Shown: in pieces, positions 56,103-64,000 of the stretch | Layout: each line of letters starts with the position of its first letter | Numbering within the stretch: the first letter of the stretch is position 1 | NCBI GenBank assembly: GCA_900548185.1 | Contig: URJJ01000004.1 | Location: forward strand, 2,130 to 66,129 | Direction: 5' to 3' | Source of the DNA: an uncultured Opitutales bacterium | GTDB lineage: Bacteria > Verrucomicrobiota > Verrucomicrobiia > Opitutales > Intestinicryptomonadaceae | Length of the DNA: 64,000 nt | Program-made: the position numbers and the translations under genes | The notes under the pieces: generated by a model | The model's database searches: none | What the model saw: the letters and a program-made list of their open reading frames with translations, nothing else | What the model was told of the DNA's origin: nothing

Positions 56103-58541
56103 CTACTTTGAAAGCAGGCGCAGAAAGTAAAGGCCCGGCGTCGGCGTGCCTTTGTCGGCGTCAAACCTCACAATGAGCGTCTTTGAGGAGCCCAGAAGGG
56201 CGTCGGGCACGGGAATTTCCATGTCGAAAAATCCTTGGGCCTGGGCGGGCGGTTCGAGGATGAAATCCTTGAGCTTTTTTCCGTTTACGGATATTGTGCA
56301 TTTTCTTCCCCTGTCACCTGCGAAGAAGCGGCACATGATGCTTAGCCCCTTCTTGCCCCGGGGGTCCAGCTCGTAGCTGAACCATCCGCCCGTCCAGGCG
56401 TCCACATAGCGTTCGCCTGCGAATTCGCCCGACCCGCATGGGCCCTTGCGCTCATGGCCGGCGTCGCTCTGCTGCTCCCCGGTTGAGACGAAGTCAAGCG
56501 TGCGCTTTTCAAGGGCCTGCTTTTCGCGCTCGATTTCGCGCATCTTCTCCCTGTCGGCGGCCCATTTTTTTGCGGACGGCTGGTAGAAATATATCATGTA
56601 GCGCGCCTCGTGGATTGTGAAGAAGGGCTGGAGGACGAGCCCGGCGTATTTTTTGTCGGCGTAAAATTCCGGCGCGATTTTGAAGCGCAGGCTTCCGGTG
56701 TCTGCGGGCCTCGCAGATTTCAGGATTTTTTCGCGGTCTCCTATGAGTATGGGGGCTTCGGTGAGGTCTAGCTGCCTCCCTAGCGACGGGGCGTGGTCCA
56801 TGCGCCCCTCTTCCGCGAATTGGCCCTTGAGGTCTTCGGTTCCGACTATGGCGCCGAGCGCGACGGGCCCGAAGGCGAAGGCTACGTAGTCTTCGTTTGT
56901 GGGGCAGGGCAGGAGCCTCATCGACATAGGCAGGAATATCTCGATTCTGTCGCCCTTCTTCCAGTCCCTGCGCAGCCTCGCGTATCCGTCGGGGCCGGCC
57001 TTTTCCGCAGCCGGGGCGCCGTTTATTTTTAGCCTGAAGCCGTCTTCGCACCATTGGGGGCGCCTTATGGCCATTTCAAAGCTTCCGGGGCTGTCGATGG
57101 TTATGAGCGACTTTTGCGAGTAGGGGAACTCCGTCGCCTGCGTCAGGGCGAACCTGCCGTTTTTCAGGCGGCTTGGAATGAAGAGGTTGACATACAGCGT
57201 GCCGCCGTCGTGCGTGTAGGCGAAATGGGCGTACTTTGAATGGTTTTCCATGCCGGTGCCAACGCAGCACCACATGGCCTTGTTGACCTGCGAATACATC
57301 CTGTAATGGCGCGGGCGCACGCTGGTGAAATAGACGTATCCGCCGGTATTGGGGTTTTGGGTGGAGAGGATGTGGTTTATCATGGCCTTCTCGTAGAAGT
57401 CGGCGTACTTCGAGAGGTGGCTTTTGGAAAACAGCCCTTCGGAGAGCTTCAGCATGTTGTAGGTGTTGCAGCTTTCCGGGCCGTTCGGATTCTCGATGTA
57501 GCGCATGCCCTGGCCGGCGTGGAGGAAATGCTCGTCCACGGAATTGCCGCCGAAGGAGAGGGTCCTGTTTCGGGCCACGTCCTCCCAGAAGTTTTCTGCG
57601 GCCGTCCGGTATTTTTCCATGAGCGCGGCGTCTCCGGGCAGGGCGTCAACGTCGGCGATGCGGGCGAAGCCGACGTATTTGGGAACCTGCGTATTCGCGT
57701 GCATTCCGCTCAAAAATTCCGCATTCGGAGACTGCATGCCGTCTATCATGACGCGGTGCGAAAACCGCTTGGCCGCGTCCAGGTATTTTTTGTCGCCGAA
57801 CATCAGGTATGCGTCCGCATAGACCTCGTTCATGCCGCCGTGCTCCATGTTTAAGAGCCCCTGGAGCTGCGCGTCGTCTAGGTTTGAAACGAGGCCTATC
57901 CCCCAGTCGCACAGCTTGCGGAAGCACTCCCGGGCCTTTTGGTTCCCCGCATAGGCGTATGCGTCGCGGAAGCCTGCAAATATTTTGTGCATGACGTATA
58001 GCGGAACCGCCGCCGAAAATTTCCCCTCGACATTCCACGAAGGCACCCCCGAATATATCTGCGTCCAAAGCTCATTGCAGGGTATCCCGCCGACGTATCC
58101 GCGCAGGCCGTTTTCGTCCCCGTCAAACGCGCTCTGGGCCTCTGCCATTTTGTCGACCATGTAGTCGAGGCGCTTCAGGAGCTTTTCCCTGGTTTCTTCA
58201 TCCCGGGAGGCCGAGTATGCCATGGCGAGGGCGGAGAGGTAGTGGCCGCCTATGTGGCCGTCCAGCCTGAAGCCGTCGGAGCCCCAGTTGGGAAAATTCG
58301 GATGCAGCTTTTCCCATTCTTCAAATCCGGCCTGGCGCATGAAGGGTGTGAGCAGCCTGTCCGCGTCGTATTGGAGAAGGACTTCGCAGTTTAGCTCCAT
58401 TGCCCTCTTTAGCGGGCCCTCCAGAAGCTCGACTTCCGAGAGGTCGAAGTGCTGCGGGTAGAGCATGCTCTGGGCGTTGAGCGAGGCGGCCGCGGCGGCG
58501 GCCGAGAATGCGGCGGCGAGGATTTTCGCGATGTTTTTCAT
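56103..58541 (-). CDS. Glycoside hydrolase family 127 (DUF1680; beta-L-arabinofuranosidase-like)
   Basis: Signal peptide. About 810 aa with the six-hairpin architecture and Cys-rich motifs typical of GH127 (HypBA1-like), e.g. WCCVGTG. Confidence 0.8.
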   Translation of the reverse strand: MKNIAKILAAAFSAAAAAASLNAQSMLYPQHFDLSEVELLEGPLKRAMELNCEVLLQYDADRLLTPFMRQAGFEEWEKLHPNFPNWGSDGFRLDGHIGGHYLSALAMAYSASRDEETREKLLKRLDYMVDKMAEAQSAFDGDENGLRGYVGGIPCNELWTQIYSGVPSWNVEGKFSAAVPLYVMHKIFAGFRDAYAYAGNQKARECFRKLCDWGIGLVSNLDDAQLQGLLNMEHGGMNEVYADAYLMFGDKKYLDAAKRFSHRVMIDGMQSPNAEFLSGMHANTQVPKYVGFARIADVDALPGDAALMEKYRTAAENFWEDVARNRTLSFGGNSVDEHFLHAGQGMRYIENPNGPESCNTYNMLKLSEGLFSKSHLSKYADFYEKAMINHILSTQNPNTGGYVYFTSVRPRHYRMYSQVNKAMWCCVGTGMENHSKYAHFAYTHDGGTLYVNLFIPSRLKNGRFALTQATEFPYSQKSLITIDSPGSFEMAIRRPQWCEDGFRLKINGAPAAEKAGPDGYARLRRDWKKGDRIEIFLPMSMRLLPCPTNEDYVAFAFGPVALGAIVGTEDLKGQFAEEGRMDHAPSLGRQLDLTEAPILIGDREKILKSARPADTGSLRFKIAPEFYADKKYAGLVLQPFFTIHEARYMIYFYQPSAKKWAADREKMREIEREKQALEKRTLDFVSTGEQQSDAGHERKGPCGSGEFAGERYVDAWTGGWFSYELDPRGKKGLSIMCRFFAGDRGRKCTISVNGKKLKDFILEPPAQAQGFFDMEIPVPDALLGSSKTLIVRFDADKGTPTPGLYFLRLLSK

Positions 58542-58699
58542 GGTCGTTTGCGGTTGGCCGTCGTCGGACGGTTTTTTGTTCAAACGGCTTTGTTGACGAA
58601 AATTCCGCAAAGGTCAAAACCTCCCGGATTTGACAGTAAAATGCGGCGCCTCCGGGGTGCTGCACGGGGACGTTTCCGGAGGGCGCGGACGGATGGGGG

Positions 58700-59677
58700 C
58701 TAGTCGAAGTGCCTCTTTGCGAATTCGATTTTTTCAGCGGGGGTGGGGTTTGCCCCCTCCGGCAGGGACTCGATGAGCTTCAGGCGCGAGAGGAGCCCCT
58801 GCCCGTTTGCTATCTGGATTGCAAGCCCCGGCCTGGCGTTCAGCTCAAGTATGAGCGGCCCGAGGTTTTTGTCGGTTGCGATGTCGGCGCCGAAGTACCC
58901 GAGGGGCGTCATTTCGGCGCACCTTGCCGCAAGCGCAAGATGGCCGTCCCAGTGGGGCACCCTCAGCTCGGAGAACGGGGCTCCGGTGTCGGGATGGCGG
59001 GTCACTTCCCGGTTGTGCTGGGCCGCAAAAAGCGGCCGCCCGTCCCGGATTGAAAGCCCGACGCCTATCGCGCCCTGGTGGAGGTTCGCCCTGCCGTCGG
59101 ATTTCCGCGTGGCGAGCCTTATCATGGACATCACAGGATAGCCCTTGAAAACTATCACGCGCACGTCCGGGACGCCCTGGAAGCTGAATCTCGCGTAAAC
59201 GTCGGAGAAATTTATGCACCTTTCAAACAGGGCGTAGTCGGGCTGGCCGCCGAGGCTGTAAAGGCCGCTCAGGATGTTTGAAATATGCTCGTAGATGAAT
59301 GAGAAGTCGCAGGAGGAGCCGTTCGGCTTGTAAAATGTTTCCCCCTCCTTGCGCGTGATTACCAGTATTCCCCTGCCGCCGCTGCCGTGGCCCGGCTTTA
59401 TGACGAAATCCGGGACGGGGTCTATGAGCGAGCGGAAATCCTTCACCTCGTACTGGCGGCTTATTGAGCCGATGAGCTCGGCCGTGCGCACGCCGTACTT
59501 TATGGCGAGGGTCTTGGTGCGCAGCTTGTCGTCGACGTCGGGGTAGTCGCTCCTTTTGTTGTAGGGCATGATGTAGGCGTGGTTTCGCCTGTTCATGCCG
59601 AGGACGCCCGCCGAGGCAAGCTCCCCCGGGGTCGCCAGTTCCGGCAGGGAAAAAGGGAGTCTCAGGGGAAGTCTCAT
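58700..59677 (-). CDS. RimK-like ATP-grasp 'alpha-L-glutamate ligase-related' protein
   Basis: ATP-grasp motifs (FVIKPGHGSGGRGI, LILELNARPGLA). The start ATG overlaps the stop of the upstream 7TM gene (ATGA). Confidence 0.8.
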   Translation of the reverse strand: MRLPLRLPFSLPELATPGELASAGVLGMNRRNHAYIMPYNKRSDYPDVDDKLRTKTLAIKYGVRTAELIGSISRQYEVKDFRSLIDPVPDFVIKPGHGSGGRGILVITRKEGETFYKPNGSSCDFSFIYEHISNILSGLYSLGGQPDYALFERCINFSDVYARFSFQGVPDVRVIVFKGYPVMSMIRLATRKSDGRANLHQGAIGVGLSIRDGRPLFAAQHNREVTRHPDTGAPFSELRVPHWDGHLALAARCAEMTPLGYFGADIATDKNLGPLILELNARPGLAIQIANGQGLLSRLKLIESLPEGANPTPAEKIEFAKRHFD

Positions 59678-61209
59678 TTTTTCGCAAGGGGGCTGAATCG
59701 GACGAGTTCCGTGAGGCGGTAGCCCGTGTAGGTTCCAAGCAGCAGCACCACCGCGAGTATCGCAAGGTTCAGCTCCGAGAACGTATAGAGCAGGTACTGA
59801 AGGTAGGCGTTGCAAAGGAGCGCGTAGCATACCACCGCCGTGACAAGGCTCGCCGCGAGCTGTTTTAGGGCGTTGGCTGCCCCGTCCTCCTCCCACGTGG
59901 TCGAGGCCCTCTCGATTGTCCATGCGATGATGATGAGCGGGAAGAACGTGACTCCCATGAAATCCGGAAGCTTGAGCATGTTGGCCCCGATGGTTATCGC
60001 CTGCATGAGCAGTATCACAACCACCACCACGGCCGATATGCGGGGAACCATCAGCAGGTTCAGCCGCGTGAGCCAGGCCCTTATCCCCAGGCCCGCCGCA
60101 AGTATGATGACAAAGCTCGCAAGCCCCGGGACGAGCTTCATTTCAAGAAACGACATGGCGATTAATACCGGCATGAAAGTCCCCATCGTCTGTATGCCGA
60201 CCACGTTGCGCGCAAGCACTATGAGAAGTATGGCAAGCGGCAGCAGGGCGAGCCTTTTGAACATGTTCTGCTCCGAAGGCGGGAGCGAAAACATTGAAAA
60301 GCCGGAAAACTCCGCATCGCCTATGGCGGCGGCGCGTATCAGGTTCAGCTTTGCGGCCCCCGCAGGTATCTTCGTCACGGAAAATTTTATGGACGAGTTC
60401 GACGCCTGCGAAACCTCAAAAAGCGGGGAGCCGCCGCGCTGCAGCACCGCGAAATCCGCCGGCATGCCCTCGGTTCCGGTATTGGAGGCGAATGCGTGCC
60501 ACGAGCCCCCGTAGTAGGCGTCCAGCATGTTTGAAACCTGCTGTTGGCGGCCTTTCTGGTCGAGATAGACTCCCCTTATCAGGCGGGCCGGAATGCCGCG
60601 CCTTGCGAGGACCGAGACCGCCGCCTCAAGCGTAGCCGAAGCCCCTGCATGGGGGGAGAACGCCCGCTTTTCGTTAGGCGTCATTGCGCCGAGGGCCTTC
60701 AGGATTTCGGGAATCAGCTTTTCGGGCGGCGCGTCGCCCTTTGGGTCCAGCCTGTCAAGGAGCGTGGAGCACGCCTTTTTTACGTCGTCTGAGGCGTTTG
60801 GCAGGGAGCCGTCCGGAGGGGGCGGGATTTCCTCGCCCTTCACCCCTGCGGGGATTATGCTGAAGCGGTACGAGACCGTCCGCCTGGCGCCCGAGCCGTC
60901 TGCGGGGGAGGAGAAGCCCGCGACGAGCCTTCCGCCGCTTTTTTCCGTCTTGAAGCGGTCCCCGCCCGCAGGGTCTGGGATGAAGTAGGAGCCGGAGGAG
61001 AATTCCGGCAGGGATATGGTTATGTGCGCGTCTTTCCCCTTCTCGGGGTCGAAGGACACGGAGGCGTCAGCCTGGTAGTAGAAGGAGGTGTCCCCGCTTA
61101 AGCTGAAGCCGAAATACCTGACTTTCACGAAAGTCATGGCGGCCGCGACCGCCAGGAGGATTCCGACTAGCCAATACAATGTGCGCCTGTGCTGGCGGTG
61201 GTCCGACAT
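59674..61209 (-). CDS. 7TM-fused inactive transglutaminase-like membrane protein
   Basis: An N-terminal TM is followed by an extracytoplasmic domain of roughly 300 aa and then 7 predicted C-terminal TM helices. This architecture matches the family that co-occurs with RimK-like ligases. Confidence 0.7.
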   Translation of the reverse strand: MSDHRQHRRTLYWLVGILLAVAAAMTFVKVRYFGFSLSGDTSFYYQADASVSFDPEKGKDAHITISLPEFSSGSYFIPDPAGGDRFKTEKSGGRLVAGFSSPADGSGARRTVSYRFSIIPAGVKGEEIPPPPDGSLPNASDDVKKACSTLLDRLDPKGDAPPEKLIPEILKALGAMTPNEKRAFSPHAGASATLEAAVSVLARRGIPARLIRGVYLDQKGRQQQVSNMLDAYYGGSWHAFASNTGTEGMPADFAVLQRGGSPLFEVSQASNSSIKFSVTKIPAGAAKLNLIRAAAIGDAEFSGFSMFSLPPSEQNMFKRLALLPLAILLIVLARNVVGIQTMGTFMPVLIAMSFLEMKLVPGLASFVIILAAGLGIRAWLTRLNLLMVPRISAVVVVVILLMQAITIGANMLKLPDFMGVTFFPLIIIAWTIERASTTWEEDGAANALKQLAASLVTAVVCYALLCNAYLQYLLYTFSELNLAILAVVLLLGTYTGYRLTELVRFSPLAKK

Positions 61210-61219
61210 GGTTTTGGGC

Positions 61220-61807
61220 TTATAGTATGTTGTGGCGCGACGGGTCGACCATTGCCGTCCCGCTTATGACGTTGCGGCCTATGAGCACGGGGTATTCAAA
61301 CCCGCCGCGGTCGGTGAGGGTGAACTCCCTGTCCATTGTCATGTGGCCCATCCTGAAAGTGAGTATTACCGAATAGCGCATCTGGTCGGGCGCGCCGTGG
61401 CGCTTTATGGGCACGGTGCGCTCAACCGGAAGCTCGTAGTTTTTCACCTGCCCGTCCGCCCTGGAGCGTATTTCAAACGAGACCCACTTCTTGCCGTCGC
61501 GCTCGAAATTCCTGATGTTTTTTGCGTCGATTGAGCTGGTCGTGGCCCCCGTGTCGATTCTCGCCTCAAACGGCGCCGAAAATCCCGGCAGGTAAACCGC
61601 CTCGGTTTCGCCTATGACGCCAAGGGGGTAGTCGGAGCGCGGCGCCGCGGGCGCCGCCGCCCCGTCCGGGGAGGCTCCACTGGCCGGGTCCGGGCAGCAT
61701 CCGAAGGCGCACAGCGCAAACGCCGGCAGAATGAGCGGCGTAATGCTGCGGGCGGCCTTTTTCAAAGTTTCAGCGCGCGCGTTGTTTGCGGAATTGCTGT
61801 TTGTCAT
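61220..61807 (-). CDS. Retropepsin-like aspartic peptidase ('ATP-dependent zinc protease' / RimB-like family)
   Basis: Signal peptide. IDTGATTSSI contains the D-T-G-A aspartic protease motif. Length (195 aa) and position are typical of the RimK-associated protease. Confidence 0.7.
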   Translation of the reverse strand: MTNSNSANNARAETLKKAARSITPLILPAFALCAFGCCPDPASGASPDGAAAPAAPRSDYPLGVIGETEAVYLPGFSAPFEARIDTGATTSSIDAKNIRNFERDGKKWVSFEIRSRADGQVKNYELPVERTVPIKRHGAPDQMRYSVILTFRMGHMTMDREFTLTDRGGFEYPVLIGRNVISGTAMVDPSRHNIL

Positions 61808-61883
61808 ATGGATATTTTATAAATATTGCCGGGCCCCGGCGCAGGGCTGCGTCCCCCTGGCCGAAGAGCGCCGCGCCTCCGGC

Positions 61884-62585
61884 TCAGCGCCGCTGGGAGA
61901 GGAGCACGCGCAGTATGTAAAAGTAAAGCATAACTACCGACGAAAAGAGGCCGAGGGCGGCCGCGACATACTGGTCTCCGCGGTAGTTTTTGAATATGGC
62001 GTTTGTCTCGTAGAGAATCGACGCGCTCGCGAGGGCTATCATCGCCGCAGAAAACCACAGGCCGAGGTCGAAGCCGAAAATCACGGCGCAGACGATTATT
62101 CCCAAAGAAACCGGAAATCCGATTGCCAGAACCGAGCGCAGGAAGGAGAAGTCGCTGCCCGTGAATATCACCGTGCAGGTTAGCCCCACCGTCATTGCGC
62201 CTGTGAGGACGGCCGCCTGGATTATTGTGTCGGGCGCTATCTGGTTTGCGAGTATGAGAAGCGGCATCATTACGACCGCCATCGCCCCGACGTACAGCGC
62301 GAGGCCCGCATACTGGACGCCCAGCGACTTTGGGCTCTGCGACATCGACGAGGCGAGCCACGACACGCCTACAAGGGCCAGCATCACAATGAGCCAGTTG
62401 CGCCCCTGCGTCATCGCCGCCGCAAGCTCCAGGGCCGGGGGCCACGAGAGCAGGAAGGCTTCCAGCCCGGCGAATGCGGCGACCGCCAGGGCCAGGTTCA
62501 GATATGTCTTTTTGACAAACGAGGCCCGCTCTTCGGAATTGCGGAGCGCCGTCTGGCTTTGATAGTAGCTTGCTGTTTCGTTCAT
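61884..62585 (-). CDS. Bax inhibitor-1/YccA-family membrane protein
   Basis: 233 aa with seven hydrophobic helices. The N-terminus ERASFVKKTYLNLALAV is typical of the BI-1/UPF0005 family. Confidence 0.85.
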   Translation of the reverse strand: MNETASYYQSQTALRNSEERASFVKKTYLNLALAVAAFAGLEAFLLSWPPALELAAAMTQGRNWLIVMLALVGVSWLASSMSQSPKSLGVQYAGLALYVGAMAVVMMPLLILANQIAPDTIIQAAVLTGAMTVGLTCTVIFTGSDFSFLRSVLAIGFPVSLGIIVCAVIFGFDLGLWFSAAMIALASASILYETNAIFKNYRGDQYVAAALGLFSSVVMLYFYILRVLLSQRR

Positions 62586-62832
62586 CTTTCAGGTATCGTA
62601 AATGCGCGGCTTTTATTGAGGGGCGCGCGCTCCATGCTGCGCGGCGGCGGCATTTTCTGTTTTGACTTAAAAAGGCCCGCGGCGTTCAAAAAAATTTGCG
62701 GCGTCTGGCGCTTTTGGAGTGTCGGGGAGGAAAGATTTTACGGCTTTTTAAAAAAGGCAATCCAAATCTGCGCCGCGCAGGGCGGGGCGGGCGGAAATTC
62801 TGCTTTGACATGCCCCGCCTGCGGGATTCAAT

Positions 62833-63861
62833 ATGCGGGTTCTTTTTCTACCTATGGAAGCCGGATGCAGACGGGGCGAGCGCGACGACGGGGCGGTGAA
62901 GCAGAGGGTCCAGCTTTGGATTGTCTGCGGTTCGGTCGCGCTTCTTGCGGCTAAGTTTGCCGCGTTTTTTCTGACGAATTCAGTGGCGGTGCTGACGGAC
63001 GCAATGGAGAGCATCGTGAACGTGGCGGCGGGCTTTGTCAGCCTGTGGAGCCTGCGCCTCGCCTCGCGCCCGAAGGACGGCGACCACCCGTTCGGCCACG
63101 GGAAAATCGAGCTCATATCGGCGTCGCTGGAGGGGCTTATGATAATTGCGGCGGGGGCCGTCATAATTTTTGAGGGTGGCCGCAGGCTTTTTGAGCCGTC
63201 CCCCGTGGGGAGCCTGGACGTCGGCATAGCCGTGGTTGCGGCGGCGGGGGCGGCGAACTTTCTGATGGGCTCCGTCAGCATACGCATGGGACGGAAGTTC
63301 GATTCCGTCGCCCTTGTGGCCGGCGGGAGGCACCTGCATTCCGACACCTACTCGACCGTCGGCCTCGTCGCGGGCCTGCTTGTCCTCTACTTCACGGGAA
63401 TCGCCTGGATTGACAGCCTGCTTGCCCTCCTTTTCGGCGGGCTAATACTTGCAACCGGCGTTTCCATACTCCGCAAAACCGTCGCAAACCTCACCGACGA
63501 GGCCGACGGCGAGGCGCTCGGGAAAATTTTGGACGTCATAAATTCGGCAAGGCGGGACGACTGGATAGACGTCCACAACATGAAAGTCATAAAGTACGGC
63601 AGTTGGCACTACATCGACTGCGACCTGACCCTCCCGCGCTTTTACAATATAAAACGGGGCCACGACTCCTACGAGCTTCTGAAGGGGGCTCTCACTTCCG
63701 GATTTTCTGAAAAGATACTGTTTTCAATACACTTCGACCCGTGCAAGCCCAAGCACTGCCGGTACTGTCCCGTCGCAGGGTGCCCGACGCGCTCGGAGGC
63801 GTTTGAAAAGCCGCTTGCGCTTACCATGGACTGCATGACCCACGTCGAAAAGCACGACTGA
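62833..63861 (+). CDS. Cation diffusion facilitator (CDF) family metal efflux transporter
   Basis: Six TM segments. HPFGHGK is the signature between TM2 and TM3. A C-terminal cytoplasmic domain with His/Cys-rich tail (CKPKHCRYCPVAGC) is present. Confidence 0.85.
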   Translation: MRVLFLPMEAGCRRGERDDGAVKQRVQLWIVCGSVALLAAKFAAFFLTNSVAVLTDAMESIVNVAAGFVSLWSLRLASRPKDGDHPFGHGKIELISASLEGLMIIAAGAVIIFEGGRRLFEPSPVGSLDVGIAVVAAAGAANFLMGSVSIRMGRKFDSVALVAGGRHLHSDTYSTVGLVAGLLVLYFTGIAWIDSLLALLFGGLILATGVSILRKTVANLTDEADGEALGKILDVINSARRDDWIDVHNMKVIKYGSWHYIDCDLTLPRFYNIKRGHDSYELLKGALTSGFSEKILFSIHFDPCKPKHCRYCPVAGCPTRSEAFEKPLALTMDCMTHVEKHD

Positions 63862-64000
63862 CCGGGGCGCCCCCCTCCGGCCTGCCCGTCATGGGTTTTG
63901 CGGATTTTTTTGGCGTCCGCAGCCGGGAAGTTGAAATTGCTGCGAATTCGCGGCGCCGCTATGGGAAATGCCTTGACTGCGGATTCCGCCCGGGGTAGGT

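Overview
This is a high-GC (roughly 63-65%) bacterial chromosomal segment that is almost fully coding. The gene content points to a Gram-negative (diderm) organism: lpxA, an LpoB-like lipoprotein, a TonB-like protein, an OprB porin and YidC are present. Pilin-like and DUF1080 proteins hint at the Verrucomicrobia/Lentisphaerae/Kiritimatiellae group, but that is only a guess. Most of the window is housekeeping. The main blocks are an Fe-S flavoprotein operon (NuoF-like, a NuoG-like/PyrK-like fusion, GltD/NfnB-like), surE, comF, ferritin, adk, a family-B DNA polymerase, the lipA-hemN-hemE-murJ operon, mnmE, ribE, argA, efp, pyrD, lpxA-pdxA, smc, leuC, yebC and the rpmH-rnpA-yidD-yidC cluster. There are two tRNAs: Arg(ACG) on the plus strand and Cys(GCA) on the minus strand. 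The less ordinary items are listed here. (1) A three-gene minus-strand cassette at 58.7-61.8 kb encodes a retropepsin-like protease, a 7TM 'inactive transglutaminase' and a RimK-like ATP-grasp ligase; this is a predicted but experimentally uncharacterised peptide-ligation/modification module. (2) A five-gene exported lipoprotein cluster at 48.3-52.9 kb contains two CsgG/HfaB-like paralogs, a large lipoprotein, a YcfL-like protein and an LpoB-like protein. (3) An AT-rich ~340 bp dispersed repeat is present in two intergenic copies, at 6640-6980 and 37633-37975. (4) An intergenic region at 9.8-10.2 kb carries two tandem ~125-150 nt structured units, each ending in a U-tract, that look like candidate small RNA genes. 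(5) A Fur-box-like palindrome lies in the ferritin promoter, and a shared A-tract promoter motif lies upstream of tRNA-Arg and rpsR. No CRISPR array, integrase, transposase or prophage genes were seen.
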